Below are positions 1 through 12,654 of a stretch of DNA of 64,000 nt, piece after piece (positions within the stretch are counted from its first letter, which is position 1; the number at the start of each line of letters is the position of its first letter). The stretch comes from Octopus vulgaris (taxonomy: Eukaryota). The DNA lies in contig OX597814.1 of NCBI GenBank assembly GCA_951406725.2, forward strand, positions 142,848,001 through 142,912,000, in the 5' to 3' direction. The notes beneath the pieces were generated by a model. The model worked only from the letters and a program-made list of their open reading frames with translations. It did not search any database and was not told the DNA's origin. Made by a program: the position numbers and the translations under genes.

Positions 1-132
1 GCAAATAACTTGTAACGTTGTTATATTGCTTATAGTGCCCAGACTGCAAAGGAATAACAATAGGCTGTTCCTCAAATGCAATTGCTCTTGTTCAAGGTAA
101 AGAATCTGAAGATGATATCTGCTTCAATGGAT

Positions 133-513
133 GGAAGCACTCCGTCGGTTACGACGACGAGGGTTCCGGTTGATCCGAATCAACTGAACAGCCTGCTCGT
201 GAAATTAACGTGTAAGTGGCTGAGCACTCCACAGACACGTGTACCCTTAACGTAGTTCTTGGGGATATTCAGCGTGACACAGAGAATGACAAGGCCGGCC
301 CTTTGAAATACAGGTACAACAGAAACAAGAAGTAAGAGTGAGAGAAAGTTGCGGTGAAAGAGTACAGCAGGGATCACCACCATCCCCTGCCGGAGCCTCG
401 TGGAGCTTTAGGTGTTTTCGCTCAATAAACACTCACAACGCCCGGTCTGGGAATCGAAACTGCGATCCTATGACCGCGAGTCCGCTGTCCTAACCACTGG
501 GCCATTGCGCCTC
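133..513 (-). mobile_element. tRNA-derived SINE family A, tail 1, near full length
   Basis: Reverse complement starts GGAGGCGCAATGGCCCAGTGGTTAGG (A box) with GGTTTCGATTCC (B box); closely matches the copy at 8184-8548. Confidence 0.9.
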
Positions 514-1475
514 CAATACCAGATCTTTAAGTACGTAAAAAGAAAAAAAGCCCTTGACTGAACTTATTAAGTGCAAAGTTCATATTGAATGGGGGTATTT
601 CCAAATACATCTTTGCCAATCTAAAATACTGCAGTGTTGGTAGACCCTTGGCTTCTCCTATGAAATTTAAGCCTAGTTGGGTGCGACTTGATCAGACTAT
701 TGCATATGGTCAGTATGGACTGAGGGAAAAATAAGAACGTCGATTTAATTACCTTATGGTATTTGTTTCGACTCATTGCATTCTATGTTCAAATCCCACT
801 ATGGCCTAGTTCGATTGTAAACATTATGCGTTGCCTGGTCTAACACCATTACCTCGTTTCTTGAATACCTTTAATGAAGTTCACTCTGTTGCATACAGTC
901 GGACCAAGTTTTTGGCTTGAAAATGCCTTCCTTCATCTCTTCTATCAATTTCAGAGGCCCTGTAACAAGCCATAGGCACTGCCCTTCCTTCTGATTGAGA
1001 AAAAGAAGATAAAATAAAAGTCCAATAGAGTATCATTACTACTCTATGTTTATCAGTTGGGCCTTATCCTCGCTTATATTTCAGAATGTATGAAGGTTAA
1101 GACATCAAATCCAAACATCTTTGTAGCTTCCTGTATTTCGGAGTTCAAATATGCAGATCAGTAACACTGTGTCCTATTGTTTTTATATATTTTTTGAGAC
1201 GTATCAGACGAATGCGTTCGATGTTGGACTTAATCCCATACATTCCCATACATGATAGCTTCAAAATATGACAAGACAGCTTTCCTACTCCCTTGTGCCA
1301 TCACCGTTTGATATATAATCCATGTAAGCAGCGTGTGTGTGTATGTGTGTGCATGCGTGTGTGGAAAGAGAGAGAGAGAAAGAGAGAGAAGGAGGGAGTT
1401 AGATATATATAGATTGATAAAGAAAGATAGATAGATAGATGGATTGATTTTGCTATGGCTCATTCCACCTGTGTA

Positions 1476-1523
1476 TATTTTGAATAAACCAGAACTCTAT
1501 GGTAAGGTGGTTTATTCAAAATA
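1476..1523. repeat. Perfect 16-bp hairpin with 16-nt loop
   Basis: TATTTTGAATAAACCA ... TGGTTTATTCAAAATA; the loop contains G|GTAAGG. Confidence 0.85.
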
Positions 1524-1731
1524 AAAATCGGTAGATTTTTTTTCTCTGTAATTTCCTTTTGAAATCCATTACAATGTGTGCCTGATTGAGTCTTAGCGAT
1601 TCCAATATTCCATCAATAGCTTCTCTTTGAACTTTAGCTGTGGTTGTGTGTGCAAGACTAAGATTAATCTTCTCTCTACAATCATCCAGCAATCTCCTAA
1701 TATAATAATGAGCGTAGTGTTTTTATATATT

Positions 1732-1739
<8 letters not shown>

Positions 1740-1796
<57 letters not shown>

Positions 1797-2108
1797 AGAA
1801 TCACGCCGGACGCGGAGGAGGAGGAGAGAAAATAGTAATTCAGTGAAGGAGAAGTAGTGAGAGTAATAGCCCTCTGACTGAGTGAGAGTGTGAGAGAAAG
1901 TAATAGCAATGAGAGAGAGAGGAAGGGGTGACAGATAAATAAATAAGGAAGGAGTGAACAAAATCAGCGTTTCAACTCTGTGTGAGTATATGTGTGTGCG
2001 TGTACAAGGGAAGTATGTGAATGTCTGTATATGTGATTATTATGTACCTTATTTATATGTAACATACTACAATTAGCCGTCATTTATTGACGACACGTGG
2101 ACTACTAG
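1740..2108 (+). mobile_element. Non-autonomous Helitron, family H1
   Basis: Body matches 61688-62028; 3' hairpin GCCGTCATTTATTGACGAC followed by CTAG|T. Confidence 0.7.
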
Positions 2109-2764
2109 TTATTAATAAAATACTAGCTCAACTGCAAGTTGTGATGCATTCTATAATTCGAGATAGCAACATGCACGTAATAACAAGGGCTGGGTGACGA
2201 TCCGTGATGAGACGATAAGGCATAATTTGGATCAGTAGCATTTCATTTTGTAGCATGTTCTTTGTAATGCTTTTCATTATATATATATATATATATATAT
2301 AAAAAGACAGCTTCTAATGCAGCTATAACGGTTAATTGTTCAGTGGCACGATCATTAACTGCAGCAATTTGCCGAATATCAAAGTTGTCATACAGCGGAA
2401 ACCCACAGACATAATCTATCGCTTCTATCTATTTCAGATCCGTTCATGTTATAGCTTTCGGTATATTCTTGAAAGAAAGAGAGAGAGAGAAAAAAAAAGA
2501 AAAAAAATTATATGCAATCATTCTCCTTCGCAGATCTCCCTATATATCGACAGGGTGTATAGGGTAAATTGGTCTAACATCCTTTCAAATCAATTTCGGA
2601 AAAATCAATTTTTCTCACCATCAAACATTAACTTTTATTTCGTTCCGTGTCATATTCGTTGAAACTTCCAATCACCTTGCCAAAATTACACACGTTCGCA
2701 CACACAGACACAGACTCACTCACTCACTCTCTCTCTTTCATATATATATATATATATATATATT

Positions 2765-3075
2765 ACTTGTTTCCTTGTTTCAATCATTAGTGTACGGCCA
2801 TGCTTGGGCACCGCCTTGAAGAATGCTTAGTCGAAGGAATTGACCCTAGCCCATATATTTTTTTAAAGCTTGGTCCCTATTCTATCGATCACTTTTAGTC
2901 GAACCGCTCAGTTACGCGGACACCGGTTGTCAAGTGCTGGTAGGGGACTGATAGAAAAACACACACACATATGTATATATGCACAACGGGCTCCTTTCAG
3001 TTTCTGTCAACGAAATCCACTCAGAAGGCTTTGGTCAGCTAGAGGCTACAGTAAAAGACACTTGCCCGTGGTACC
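2765..3075 (-). mobile_element. SINE family C, partial
   Basis: Shares GAACCGCT.AGTTACG, CGGTTGTCAAG and CACTTGCCC blocks with the full copy at 24124-24535. Confidence 0.8.
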
Positions 3076-3082
3076 ACACACA

Positions 3083-3142
<60 letters not shown>

Positions 3143-3207
3143 ACACACACACACACACAACACATATATACATACATACATACACACATATATATATACA
3201 TACATAC

Positions 3208-3238
<31 letters not shown>

Positions 3239-3452
3239 CATACATACATACGTATATATATATACATATATACACACATATACATATGATTAATAATAAA
3301 TTCCATCTTCTGTCTTTCATTTGTCATATATATATACATATATGTAATTATGTATACAAAATATTCACTACACACACACATACATATATATGTATATGTG
3401 TATATATATATATATAGTGAATATTTTATATACATAATTACATATATAATCC

Positions 3453-3542
3453 ACTTTTACAAGAAGAGTGGTGACAGTAACTTCGAAGTTTCGAAGTTTC
3501 GATAGTCATCGAAGTCATTGTCATCATTCCTCTTGTAAAAGT
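3453..3542. repeat. Imperfect 34-bp inverted repeat, probable PLE pLTR remnant
   Basis: ACTTTTACAAGAAGAGTGGTGACAGTAACTTCGA / TCGAAGTCATTGTCATCATTCCTCTTGTAAAAGT; minus strand has GAAACTTCGAAGT, as at 23806. Confidence 0.7.
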
Positions 3543-3624
3543 ATAATAAATATATTCTCTACTAAAAGTATGAGTAATCCTTCAGCTTAATATAAAATTG
3601 CTCTTGTTATAATGCGACATAGAG

Positions 3625-3950
3625 TAAAGGGTAAATAGCTCCTTTGGTCATGAATGACCATGGGATTGCACCAAGAAAGTTACCCTCCGAGGCCAAGTCC
3701 GGGCAATGTTGTTTAAAGAAGACCAGCAGTCGCCCAGATACCAGCCTCCTCTCTCCATGCCACCGATGATATCCAAGGGAAAGGTAAAGACCGATACAGC
3801 TTGGCACCATTTCTACAGCTGAGTGAACTGGAGCAACATAATATATAAAGTGTCTTGCTCAAGAACACTATACATAGCCCGGTCCGGGAATCGAGCTGAC
3901 TACCTCATGATTGTGAACTCGACGCTCTAACCACTGAGCCATGCGCCTTG
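3625..3950 (-). mobile_element. tRNA-derived SINE family D
   Basis: Minus strand GCATGGCTCAGTGGTTAGAGCG, core TTCTTGAGCAAGACACTTTA, tail GGTCATTCATGACC; second copy at 10082-10411. Confidence 0.85.
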
Positions 3951-3990
3951 GTGGGACATAAAAACAAATATTAATGCACGCTTGCACGCA

Positions 3991-4023
<33 letters not shown>

Positions 4024-4351
4024 CCACACCATGCATAGTTAAATACTACTAGAAATAGTCAAATTATCCTAAATCATATTCTGGAATAGAAAGGCAAAAT
4101 AATGGTCACCACTGGAATGTTTTTAATCATGAATTTACTCAGTCAGAGATGACTCGGATAAACAACAATAACAGCAACGAAATCTACACCAACAACAACA
4201 ACCACATCAATCACAAAAACCACAACAGCAGAAGCAACAACAAAGAGCTGATAATAATCATTTTGCATTAACGTTAATAATCATTTTACAGGAGATGTTA
4301 TCATTCCTAGTGGAATGATAAGATTGAAGGCATTACGCTACATCAGTGCTG

Positions 4352-4585
4352 TTTCAAGTTATTTGCAAATTGATGGGAGGAAGCCGCTGTCCTATGTAAG
4401 GAGGAAAATGGTAACATTTTATAATTTCTAACTACGTATCATGTCAGAGTGACCCAAAGTTGTATCAAAGATGTTATCCAGAATGCTTTATTATAATAGA
4501 AAAAATATCAAAAAAGAGTTTGGAAGAATAAAAAAAAAAAATGAATATCAGTCTAAAAGATTAAGGTATAATATGCATTTATTGC
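4352..4585 (+). repeat. Local duplication copy 1 (paralog 6176-6395), possible decayed terminal exon
   Basis: Shared blocks TCAAGTTATTTGCAAA, AAAAAATATCAAAAAA, TTGGAAGAATAAAAAAA and TATAATATGCATTTATTG. Confidence 0.8.
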
Positions 4586-5290
4586 TAGTATTGTCAAGTA
4601 GAGAACTTAGTTCAGGATCTTAAAAATATTGAAATATTTTATTGCATACACAACAGTGAATCTTCAGAATTTCACAAAATGAAGAAATCAGCTACAAGCT
4701 CGATCTGGCTTATCCTCAACTGAAAACAATAGAATCTGCTTTTGAAAGTTTTGTCCTTCCTTCTTTCAATTAACGAAGAAGCAGTAAAGACTCACTATGC
4801 AATGATATTAGAATGTATCAGTTAAACACTACAAAAATTCACTTAAATTCACAACTTAAATATTTTTTATCCACCAAAACATTAATAACTACCGAAATAT
4901 TGCATTCACCCAATGAAATAAATAATTTATATCATCGTGCAGAAATGATCCATCTCTTTCATACTGTATCAAACAAGACAGCATGTTAATTGTTTAGATA
5001 TTCTTGGAGTTTAATATATATGTATGTATGTATATATATATATGTGTGTGTGGTACCTCGGGCAAGTGTCTTTTACTATAGCCTCTAGCTAAGATGGTGA
5101 GCAAGCAGAATCGTTAGCTCGTTGGGCAAAATACTCAGCAAAATTTCGTCCGTCCTCACGTTCTGAGTTCGACTTTGCCTTTCATCCTTTCGAGGACGAT
5201 AAGATATGTACCAGTTGAGTGCTGGGGTCGATGTAATCGACTCACCCGCTTCCCGAAAATTGCTGGCCTTGTGCCAACATTTTTTAATCA

Positions 5291-5362
<72 letters not shown>

Positions 5363-5458
5363 AACATCAACTCAATTGCTAACCAATGAAACAGAAGCTA
5401 TGCGAGACATTTTGAAAAGTTCAGAACATAAACTTAAAGATACTTTATCTCTGAATAA

Positions 5459-5808
5459 TCACCAACAGGTCCAGCCCTTGTTGCGGTGTTGTGGTGGCTC
5501 GTGAGACTCAATGATCCCGAGAGCTATGCCAGTAGAGTGCAAGCTCCTGGGAGGACATTCCATTCTGGGCACGTTTAAGGATAGAGGCTAGACTAATATA
5601 GACAACTTCTTCGCTAGTGTAAAAGTGGATTTACGTAGGGCCAACGCCCCGACCTAGAAAAGAGCAAAGTTGCAGAAGAATCGATGACAATCCTACACCA
5701 ACAAGACCTGGAAATTGATGGTCTTATAGACGGCCCAGGGTAGACAACAGTGCAGAAAAGTTACCGATGACCTTTGTTCCATAAGGCACAAAAGGTTTAA
5801 GTAAATTA
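5459..5808 (+). mobile_element. Non-autonomous RTE-like retroelement
   Basis: Ends GATGACCTTTGTTCCATAAGGCACAAAAGGTTTAAGTAA (RTE-type tail); flanked by direct repeat CTCTGAATAA (5449-5458, 5809-5818). Confidence 0.55.
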
Positions 5809-6175
5809 CTCTGAATAAACAATCTTCATAGTATCTAGAAGCTTATTAAGACTCATTTTATCTTTAACAACGATATGACAGGGAGAAAGTACCCCAAGGG
5901 CGCATTCTATATATTAAAATACACACACAGCAGGTTCATACTTATAGAGGACGGTGAAGTGAAACACTTCGATTAACTGAGATTATCCATGCAGGTTAGC
6001 AGAAAGAAAAATTCTGTCCAGAGATGTTTAAAATATTTATGAGCAATGAGCAAGAGAGATAACTTCAATGAGATCGGTTATTCGATTTGTTTTTCAAGTA
6101 AAGATAATGTAGATGGGAATGAATCTTGTTAAATGTATTTATTTTAGATGAATTCAAGATAATTTACAGTAGAAA

Positions 6176-6395
6176 TCAAGTTATTTGCAAACTGGTGGTA
6201 GGAAACCGATGTCCCGCGTAAAGAAAAAAATAGCGACACCATTCAAAGTCAAATTAGATATACCAGAACACTCTAAAGTTGTGTCAGACATATATTCAGA
6301 AGATTTTATCATCAAGGAAAAAATATCAAAAAAATATTTGGAAGAATAAAAAAATAACGTTTGCCTAAAGATAAAGATATAATATGCATTTATTG
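6176..6395 (+). repeat. Local duplication copy 2 (paralog 4352-4585)
   Basis: Open frame SSYLQTGGRKPMSRVKKKIATPFKVKLDIPEHSKVVSDIYSEDFIIKEKISKKYLEE*, versus SSYLQIDGRKPLSYVRRKMVTF in copy 1. Confidence 0.8.
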
Positions 6396-6526
6396 TCAGT
6401 ATCTCTCGAGTAAAGAACTTTTAATTACGCGAGTGATAGCATATTTGATGCAAGGAATATTAAAACAGAAAATTACTATTTTCTTAAATCTCACAACGAG
6501 AGATATTCAGCAACAGTACTTTGAAA

Positions 6527-6997
6527 TAAAGATTTTTGCCAACATAACATGGTAGTCCTGGTTTAGGACAAATGTTGCTGTAATTTAGCCCCAGGAGCCA
6601 TCGTCTCCAGTTGGCTATACGACACGATCTGTGTCCTTATATTTTCGAACGATTAAAACTTCGGCAAGTTACAGTGAAGCAATGTTTCTGCTAAGGATGC
6701 CCAATATGGCTGTTAATAATCTTTTTTACTATAGGTATAACACCTGAAATTTTGAAGCAGGGGCTGGTCGATTGCATCGGTCCCGGTGCTGACTGTGCTG
6801 ATGAAGGGAAATAACCCGGAAATCGCGATATTCAGATATTGTTTTGAGCTGAGTGGGGATGCTAAATTCCCTTGTTCGAAAATATAAGGACACAGAGCGT
6901 GTCGTATAACCAGCTGGAGACGATGTGTCCCGGGGCTAAATTACAGCAACAGTCGTCCTAAACCAGGACTGCCATGTTATTTTGGCAAAAATCTTTA
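6527..6997 (+). mobile_element. PLE-type mini element with inverted 124-bp arms and hammerhead
   Basis: Arm 6527-6650 is the reverse complement of 6874-6997; HHR lies between them. Confidence 0.75.
6793..6835 (+). ncRNA. Minimal type I hammerhead ribozyme
   Basis: CTGATGA-a-GGG-aaataa-CCC-g-GAAA-TCGCGA-TA; palindromic stem III ATCGCGAT; weak stem I CTGTG/TTCAG. Confidence 0.7.
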
Positions 6998-8183
6998 CTC
7001 CAATATTAAAACACTTCAATTGGATCAAATCAGTAATATAAGGAAAATATTAAGAGCCATATCCGAAAAGATAAAATAAGAACCAGTCGAGTGTCGGGGC
7101 CGATGCAATCAACCAGCCCCTGCCTCAATATTTCAGGTGTTATTCCTATAGTGAAAAAGATTATTAAAAGCCACGTTGGGCATCCTTAGCAGGAACATTG
7201 CATCACTGTAACTTGCCCAAGTTTTAATCGTTACGTAAATATATAGAATTGCATGGTTGTTGGTCGAAGCGTTGAACGTTTAGTAACAATATAAGTTGTA
7301 TATTTGTTGACGCAGATAAAAAGAATATTAAATAATTATTAAATAATATTAAATATCATTTATAATTGAATCATTTTTAAAACATTGCTCTCATGATAAA
7401 TAATAGTTATTTAGCCTGTTGAGTTGCCGATCAAAGAAGATAATAAATATTAATTAAGTAATTAATTAATAATGATTACATAGATCTGAAATAATGCGTA
7501 TTTCGTAGGAGATGGAAAAATAAATATTTTATTGACTCTTGAGAGGTGAAATGCTAGAAAAAACTGCGAGGGCGCAACAAAATATACTTGCAGATAATGT
7601 ACAATGGATAGTTCAGAGCTTAACGAAAACAACAAATGCATTGTTCAAAGGCAAAATGGATAATAGTATCAGATCGCACAAATAAAGATCAAGAGGTCAA
7701 TCCTCATAAAGATTATTGTAAATGTAATCTATGTTATTGGCCAAATCATATATAAATTGTTATATGTTATTAAAAAGTAAAAGCAAAATGATTCGACGAA
7801 AACTGAAAATTGAAAGAATATGAAAAGTCCAACAATGTAATAAACTGGTAAGCCACAGAGAAGAGGGGGAAAATTGAGCGTTTCGGTTAGTACTCTTCAA
7901 CGAAGGTTTCTACCCAAAATATTAAAATTTTCTTCTTCCTCTCAGTAAACCGATTTATTCCACTTTCGAACTGTTTATACTAAGGAACGCCCGTTGCAAT
8001 TATTCCCGATGGGGGGAAGCGAAAATGAAAGTGATCGTACTCATTATGCGGCGTGGTGGCACAGGAGAGGTAAGCAAGTGAGTACAGCGAAGGATTAGGG
8101 AAGACAAGGACAGATGCTGTAAGGTCGCTTAAGCTAACGTAACACTACCTTACCTTCATTTTTTTTATTTATTTATAATCACT

Positions 8184-8548
8184 GTGGAGGCGCAATGGCC
8201 CAGTGGTTAGGGCAGCGGACTCGCGGTCGTAAGATCGCGGTTTCGATTCCCAGACCGGGTGTTGTGAGTGTTTATTGAGCGAAAACACCTAAAGCTCCAC
8301 GAAGCTCCGGCAGGGGGTGGTGGCGAACCCTGCTGTACTCTTTCAACACGACTTTCTTTCACTCTATCTTCCTGTTTCTGTTGTACCTGTATTTCAAAGG
8401 GCCAGCCTTATCACACTCTGTGTCACACTGAATCTCCCCCGAGAACTACGTTGAGGGTACATGTGTCTGTGGAATGCTCAGCCACTTGCACATCAATTTC
8501 ACGAGCAGGCTGTTCCGTTGAACGGATCAACTGGAACCCTCGTCGTCG
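8184..8548 (+). mobile_element. tRNA-derived SINE family A, tail 1
   Basis: A and B boxes present; matches 133-513. Confidence 0.9.
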
Positions 8549-8584
8549 CAGCCCCCCCCCCCCAAAAAAAAAATTATAATCAAT

Positions 8585-9010
8585 GCACTGCAGCGATGCT
8601 GAGAAACCGCCTTGAAGGGTCAAGTCTAACAAATCGATTCCAGTACTTATTTTTTAAAGTTTGATACTCATTTTATCCGGTTCTTTTACCGAACCGCTAA
8701 GTTACGGAGATATAAACAAACCAATACTGGATGTCAAGCTGTGGTGGGAGACAAACAAACACGAAAAGACACACACGCGCACACACATATATACACACAC
8801 ACTCACACATATATATTTTATGTATAAACGTGTGTGTATGTCTGTGCATGTGTGTATCTGTTTGACAGACTAACAGACTACTTTCAGTATCCGTCTACGA
8901 AATTCACACACCAGACATTGGCCGGCCCAGAGTAATAATAGAAGTGGTACTGAAACTGAAACCACGTGGTTGCAAAACAGGCTTCTTAACCACTCGGCCA
9001 TGCGTGCGCC
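8585..9010 (-). mobile_element. SINE family C
   Basis: Family C blocks with internal CA/TA microsatellite. Confidence 0.75.
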
Positions 9011-9579
9011 TTTATGGACATGCCCTGACGTTACGTGAACCAGTCTCCCTGACTTACGTCACATAATTTACCATACATTTGATTCAACCAGACATTTGAG
9101 ATTTTCCAGACACTTCTCAGTCTTCTTCTCATCCTGAATTTTAAAATGGTCAAACCCAGAACGGTGCAACTGGCCTGTTTGTTCCTTTCACAGCGAACGT
9201 CTATGTTTATAGTCACTAATTGTCAATGCAAAATTTTCTTATTTTTCTTGGTTTCCTGTTGGCTTTCTGTTGGTCTATTTACAATTTACTCCGCTAGTTT
9301 CCTGTTTTCCAAAGCTTACCCATGAAGTATGGAGCCTGTTTAACCCTTACACAGGGTGATGGTTTACGTGACATCATGATATCGTCACCATCCTTCTACG
9401 TGGTTGAACAACCAATCCCAACTAATCGAGACTCACAGTACGGTTATACTATTCATCCTTTCGATTACTGAATACAAAACGTTGCTCGTGAGACCTCCGT
9501 TCGGGTGATTGTTCTGAGTCACCATCTCACTGTTGTACGCTAATCCGTTATAAGGTTACCAATTTACTACTGGGTGAAT

Positions 9580-9870
9580 TGGAGGCACATGGCCTAGTGG
9601 TTAGAGCAGCGGACTCGCGGTCGAGGGATCGCGAGTTCGAATCTCAGATCGGGCGATGCGTGTGTTTATGAGCGAAACACCTAAGCTCCACGCAGCTCCG
9701 GCAGAAGGTAATGGCGAACTTCTGCTGATTCTTTCGCCACAACTTTCTCTCACTCTTTCCTCCTGCATCTTGCAGCTCACCTGCGACGGACTGGCGTCCC
9801 GTCCAGGTGGGAAACCTATACGCCAAGGAGGCACGTCTGGCCAAAACGAGCTTGAGGTTGTAATGAATAA
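9580..9870 (+). mobile_element. SINE with family A head and a different tail (tail 2)
   Basis: Head matches 8184-8370, then diverges into TGCAGCTCACCTGCGACGGACTGGCGTCCCGTCCAGG. Confidence 0.8.
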
Positions 9871-10081
9871 GAAGTAAATCTATATTCCTCAAAACTCTTG
9901 AGCCCTGAGTTGGAGCCTCACCACCAGATGCAGCTTAATGCTTCATCGAGGATATAAGTAAGGTAAACTGCTGTTTATTTTATAAAAAGTACATTTTAAT
10001 TATAGTGTATGCCAGCAAATATAGGACTATAGTTTTAGAATGTGTATGTATGTCTGTTTATGAGTGCATATGGTATTGAGT

Positions 10082-10411
10082 AAAGACTCCCTTCGGTCAT
10101 GAATGACCATGGGATTGCACCAAGAAAGTCACCCTCCGAGGCCAAGTCTGGGCAAGGTTGTTTATGGAAGACCAGCAGTCACCCATGCATACCAGCCTCC
10201 TCTCTCAACGCCACTGATGTTATCGAAGAGAAAGGCAAAGGCTGATACAGCTTGGCACCAGTGACGTCGTAACTCATTTCTACAGCTGAGTGAGCTGGAG
10301 CAACATGAAATAAAGTGTCTTGCTCAAGAACACAACACACAACCCGGTCCAGGAATCGAGCTTATTACCTCATGATTGTGATACCGACGCTCTAACCACT
10401 GAGCCATGTGC
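10082..10411 (-). mobile_element. tRNA-derived SINE family D
   Basis: Matches 3625-3950. Confidence 0.85.
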
Positions 10412-10933
10412 ATAGGAGTGTGTGCATATTACGATATTATTCGAAAGTCAATTGTATTTAATTCTGATCGAGTAAACATGTGATCAAGAAAGGCCTTCCA
10501 GTAGTGACCATCTCATTATTTAGTGAGTATTTGAGACTACACTATCCAGTGTATCCTCTCCTTTCCCAACATCTAAGGTCTGTCTTGAGGAAGATTTAAC
10601 TCCTATTTATTTTAGTTGGTTAGATAACATATTGATATCCTCGTTGCTCCTGTCTATCTCAATATATATATATATATATATATAGGGAAATTGAAAATTA
10701 TCAAAGGGTCATATGTTTAATTGAAACTGAGTACCACTAAGAAAAAGGTATATATCTTTTTAACTTTTACTTATTTCACTCACTGGACTGCTGCCATGCT
10801 ATGGCGCAGCCTCGAAGGATCTTCAGTCGAGCAAATCGATCCCAAAATATCAACCACTTAGGTGCAAAATCGTGACCTTCAGTATTGTCTATCTGTTCGA
10901 ATGTTTTATTATCCTCTATTGCGCTTTTGTTCC

Positions 10934-11007
<74 letters not shown>

Positions 11008-11012
<5 letters not shown>

Positions 11013-12262
11013 TGTCGTACATCACTGCAAAGTGAAAATATTCGCTGATGACACTAAGCTCCAGCAAATCGTCAATGAAGAAGCAGACCGAACTCAACTC
11101 CAGTCTGATCTATATGCTGTGAGTCAATGGGCAGACAGAAACAAAATGCAACTGAATGAGGGAAAATTTGAGCTGATGCATTTTGGAAGAAATTCCTCAC
11201 TAAAACAACCTATTTCTTTATTACCCACAAGGGGCTAAACACAGAGGGGACAAACAAGGACAGACATAGGTATTAAGTCGATTACATCGACCCCAGTGCG
11301 TAACTGGTACTTAATTTATCGACCCCGAAAGGATGAAAGGTAAAGTCGACCTCGGCGGAATTTGAACTCACAACGTAACGGCAGACGAAATACGGCTACG
11401 CATTTCGTCTGGCTTGCTAACGATTCTGCCAGCTCGCCGCCTTACTAAAACAACCATACTCTCTTCCTTCAGGGGAACCGCTCACAGCCTCTAACAATAT
11501 CAGAGACCTGGGTGTAATTGTTGATGACGATCTCAGTTGGAGTGCACACATCAACAAGAAGGTCGATATAGCTCGTAGGATGAGTTCCTGGATCTTAAGA
11601 ACTTTCCGGTCCAGAGAACAAGATGCCATCATACCACTTTTTTCCTCCTTTGTACGGCCACACCTTGAATACTGCTGCCCACTGTGGTCTCCTCACACAA
11701 GACAAAACATTTCCAGAATTGAGTCACCCCAGAGGGCTCTCACTAAACAAGTTGAAGGCATGGCTGCTCTCGAATATTGGGATCGCCTTAAAGCCTTGAA
11801 ACTTTACTCCCTCCAGCGTCGCCGTGAGCGGTACATCATTTGTACGATGTGGAAAATATACCGCCAACTTTGCCCAAACGACCTAAACATTAGCTTCAAG
11901 GTTCATCCAAGACTTGGACCACGGGCTATACGTCCCCTGCCAAATTCAAGATCACAACATACATGTACACTGCAACATAATTTCTTTTCCTCAACAGGCC
12001 CTGCCCTATTTAACATTGTCCCGAGGGAGATCAAAGAGGAAAAGGATCCCATCAACTTTAAACAGAGTCTGGATAGATTCCTTCAAAGAATACCAGATAA
12101 GCCACCCATAATTGGATACAACTCACCCAACAAGAACTCACTACTTGAACAAAACTTGACTTAAACAGGATTCGAATAATCCTATCAGGTGGTGCTATTA
12201 AGTTAGACATGGCCTGGACCAATCTCTGGTCGAAACATATCTAAGTTTTTATCTAAGTTTTT
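11008..12262 (+). mobile_element. 5'-truncated CR1/L2-group LINE (RT C-terminal half and 3' UTR), interrupted by a SINE
   Basis: KIFADDTKL, IRDLGVIVDDDLSW, VRPHLEYCCPLWSPH and LYSLQRRRER motifs; 3' tandem ATCTAAGTTTTT; frame is continuous after removing the SINE and one TSD. Confidence 0.92.
11211..11443 (-). mobile_element. Young SINE family B
   Basis: Head AAGGCGGCGAGCTGGCAGAA, core CCTTTCATCCTTTCGGGGTCGATAAA (resembles the Meta-SINE core as I recall it); TSD ACTAAAACAACC at 11199-11210 and 11444-11455. Confidence 0.92.
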
Positions 12263-12654
12263 TATATACACGCACAGACATACACATACACACGTGCGCG
12301 TGGGCAGACACAAGCACACAAATCGGTTTTCAGCCCTCTTTCCCTCGAACAAATTTCACTCGGAAAGCATTCATCTGCTCAAGTTTATGGGAGATGATCA
12401 CTGCTGCACAAACTGAACGAACCCGAAACGAAGTGGTCGGGGAGCGAAATTCTTAATGACAAAACCATGCTTGCCTAGAGAATTTTAAAGTTTCGAGCAG
12501 CATCACCATTTTTAATTATATTTTCTAGGTAAGAATTGAACCAATGTTTTCTGGACCAGCTCAGCATTAGCTTCCACGATGTCTCATGTCTAGCAAATGA
12601 TTCTTATTTTTCTTTTCATTCTTTCTTTTGTTTTGTATTTGTCTTTTAATCCTT

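Noticed and set aside
180-432. Recurrent ORFs such as MFIERKHLKLHEAPAG and MRNWYLIYRPRKDERQSRPRR
   Set aside because: Chance frames in SINE families A and B.
8184-8260. tRNA genes at SINE heads
   Set aside because: They continue directly into SINE bodies; these are tRNA-derived promoters only.
9031-9470. Minus-strand exon-like blocks with GTAAG donors
   Set aside because: No consistent open frame or recognisable protein.
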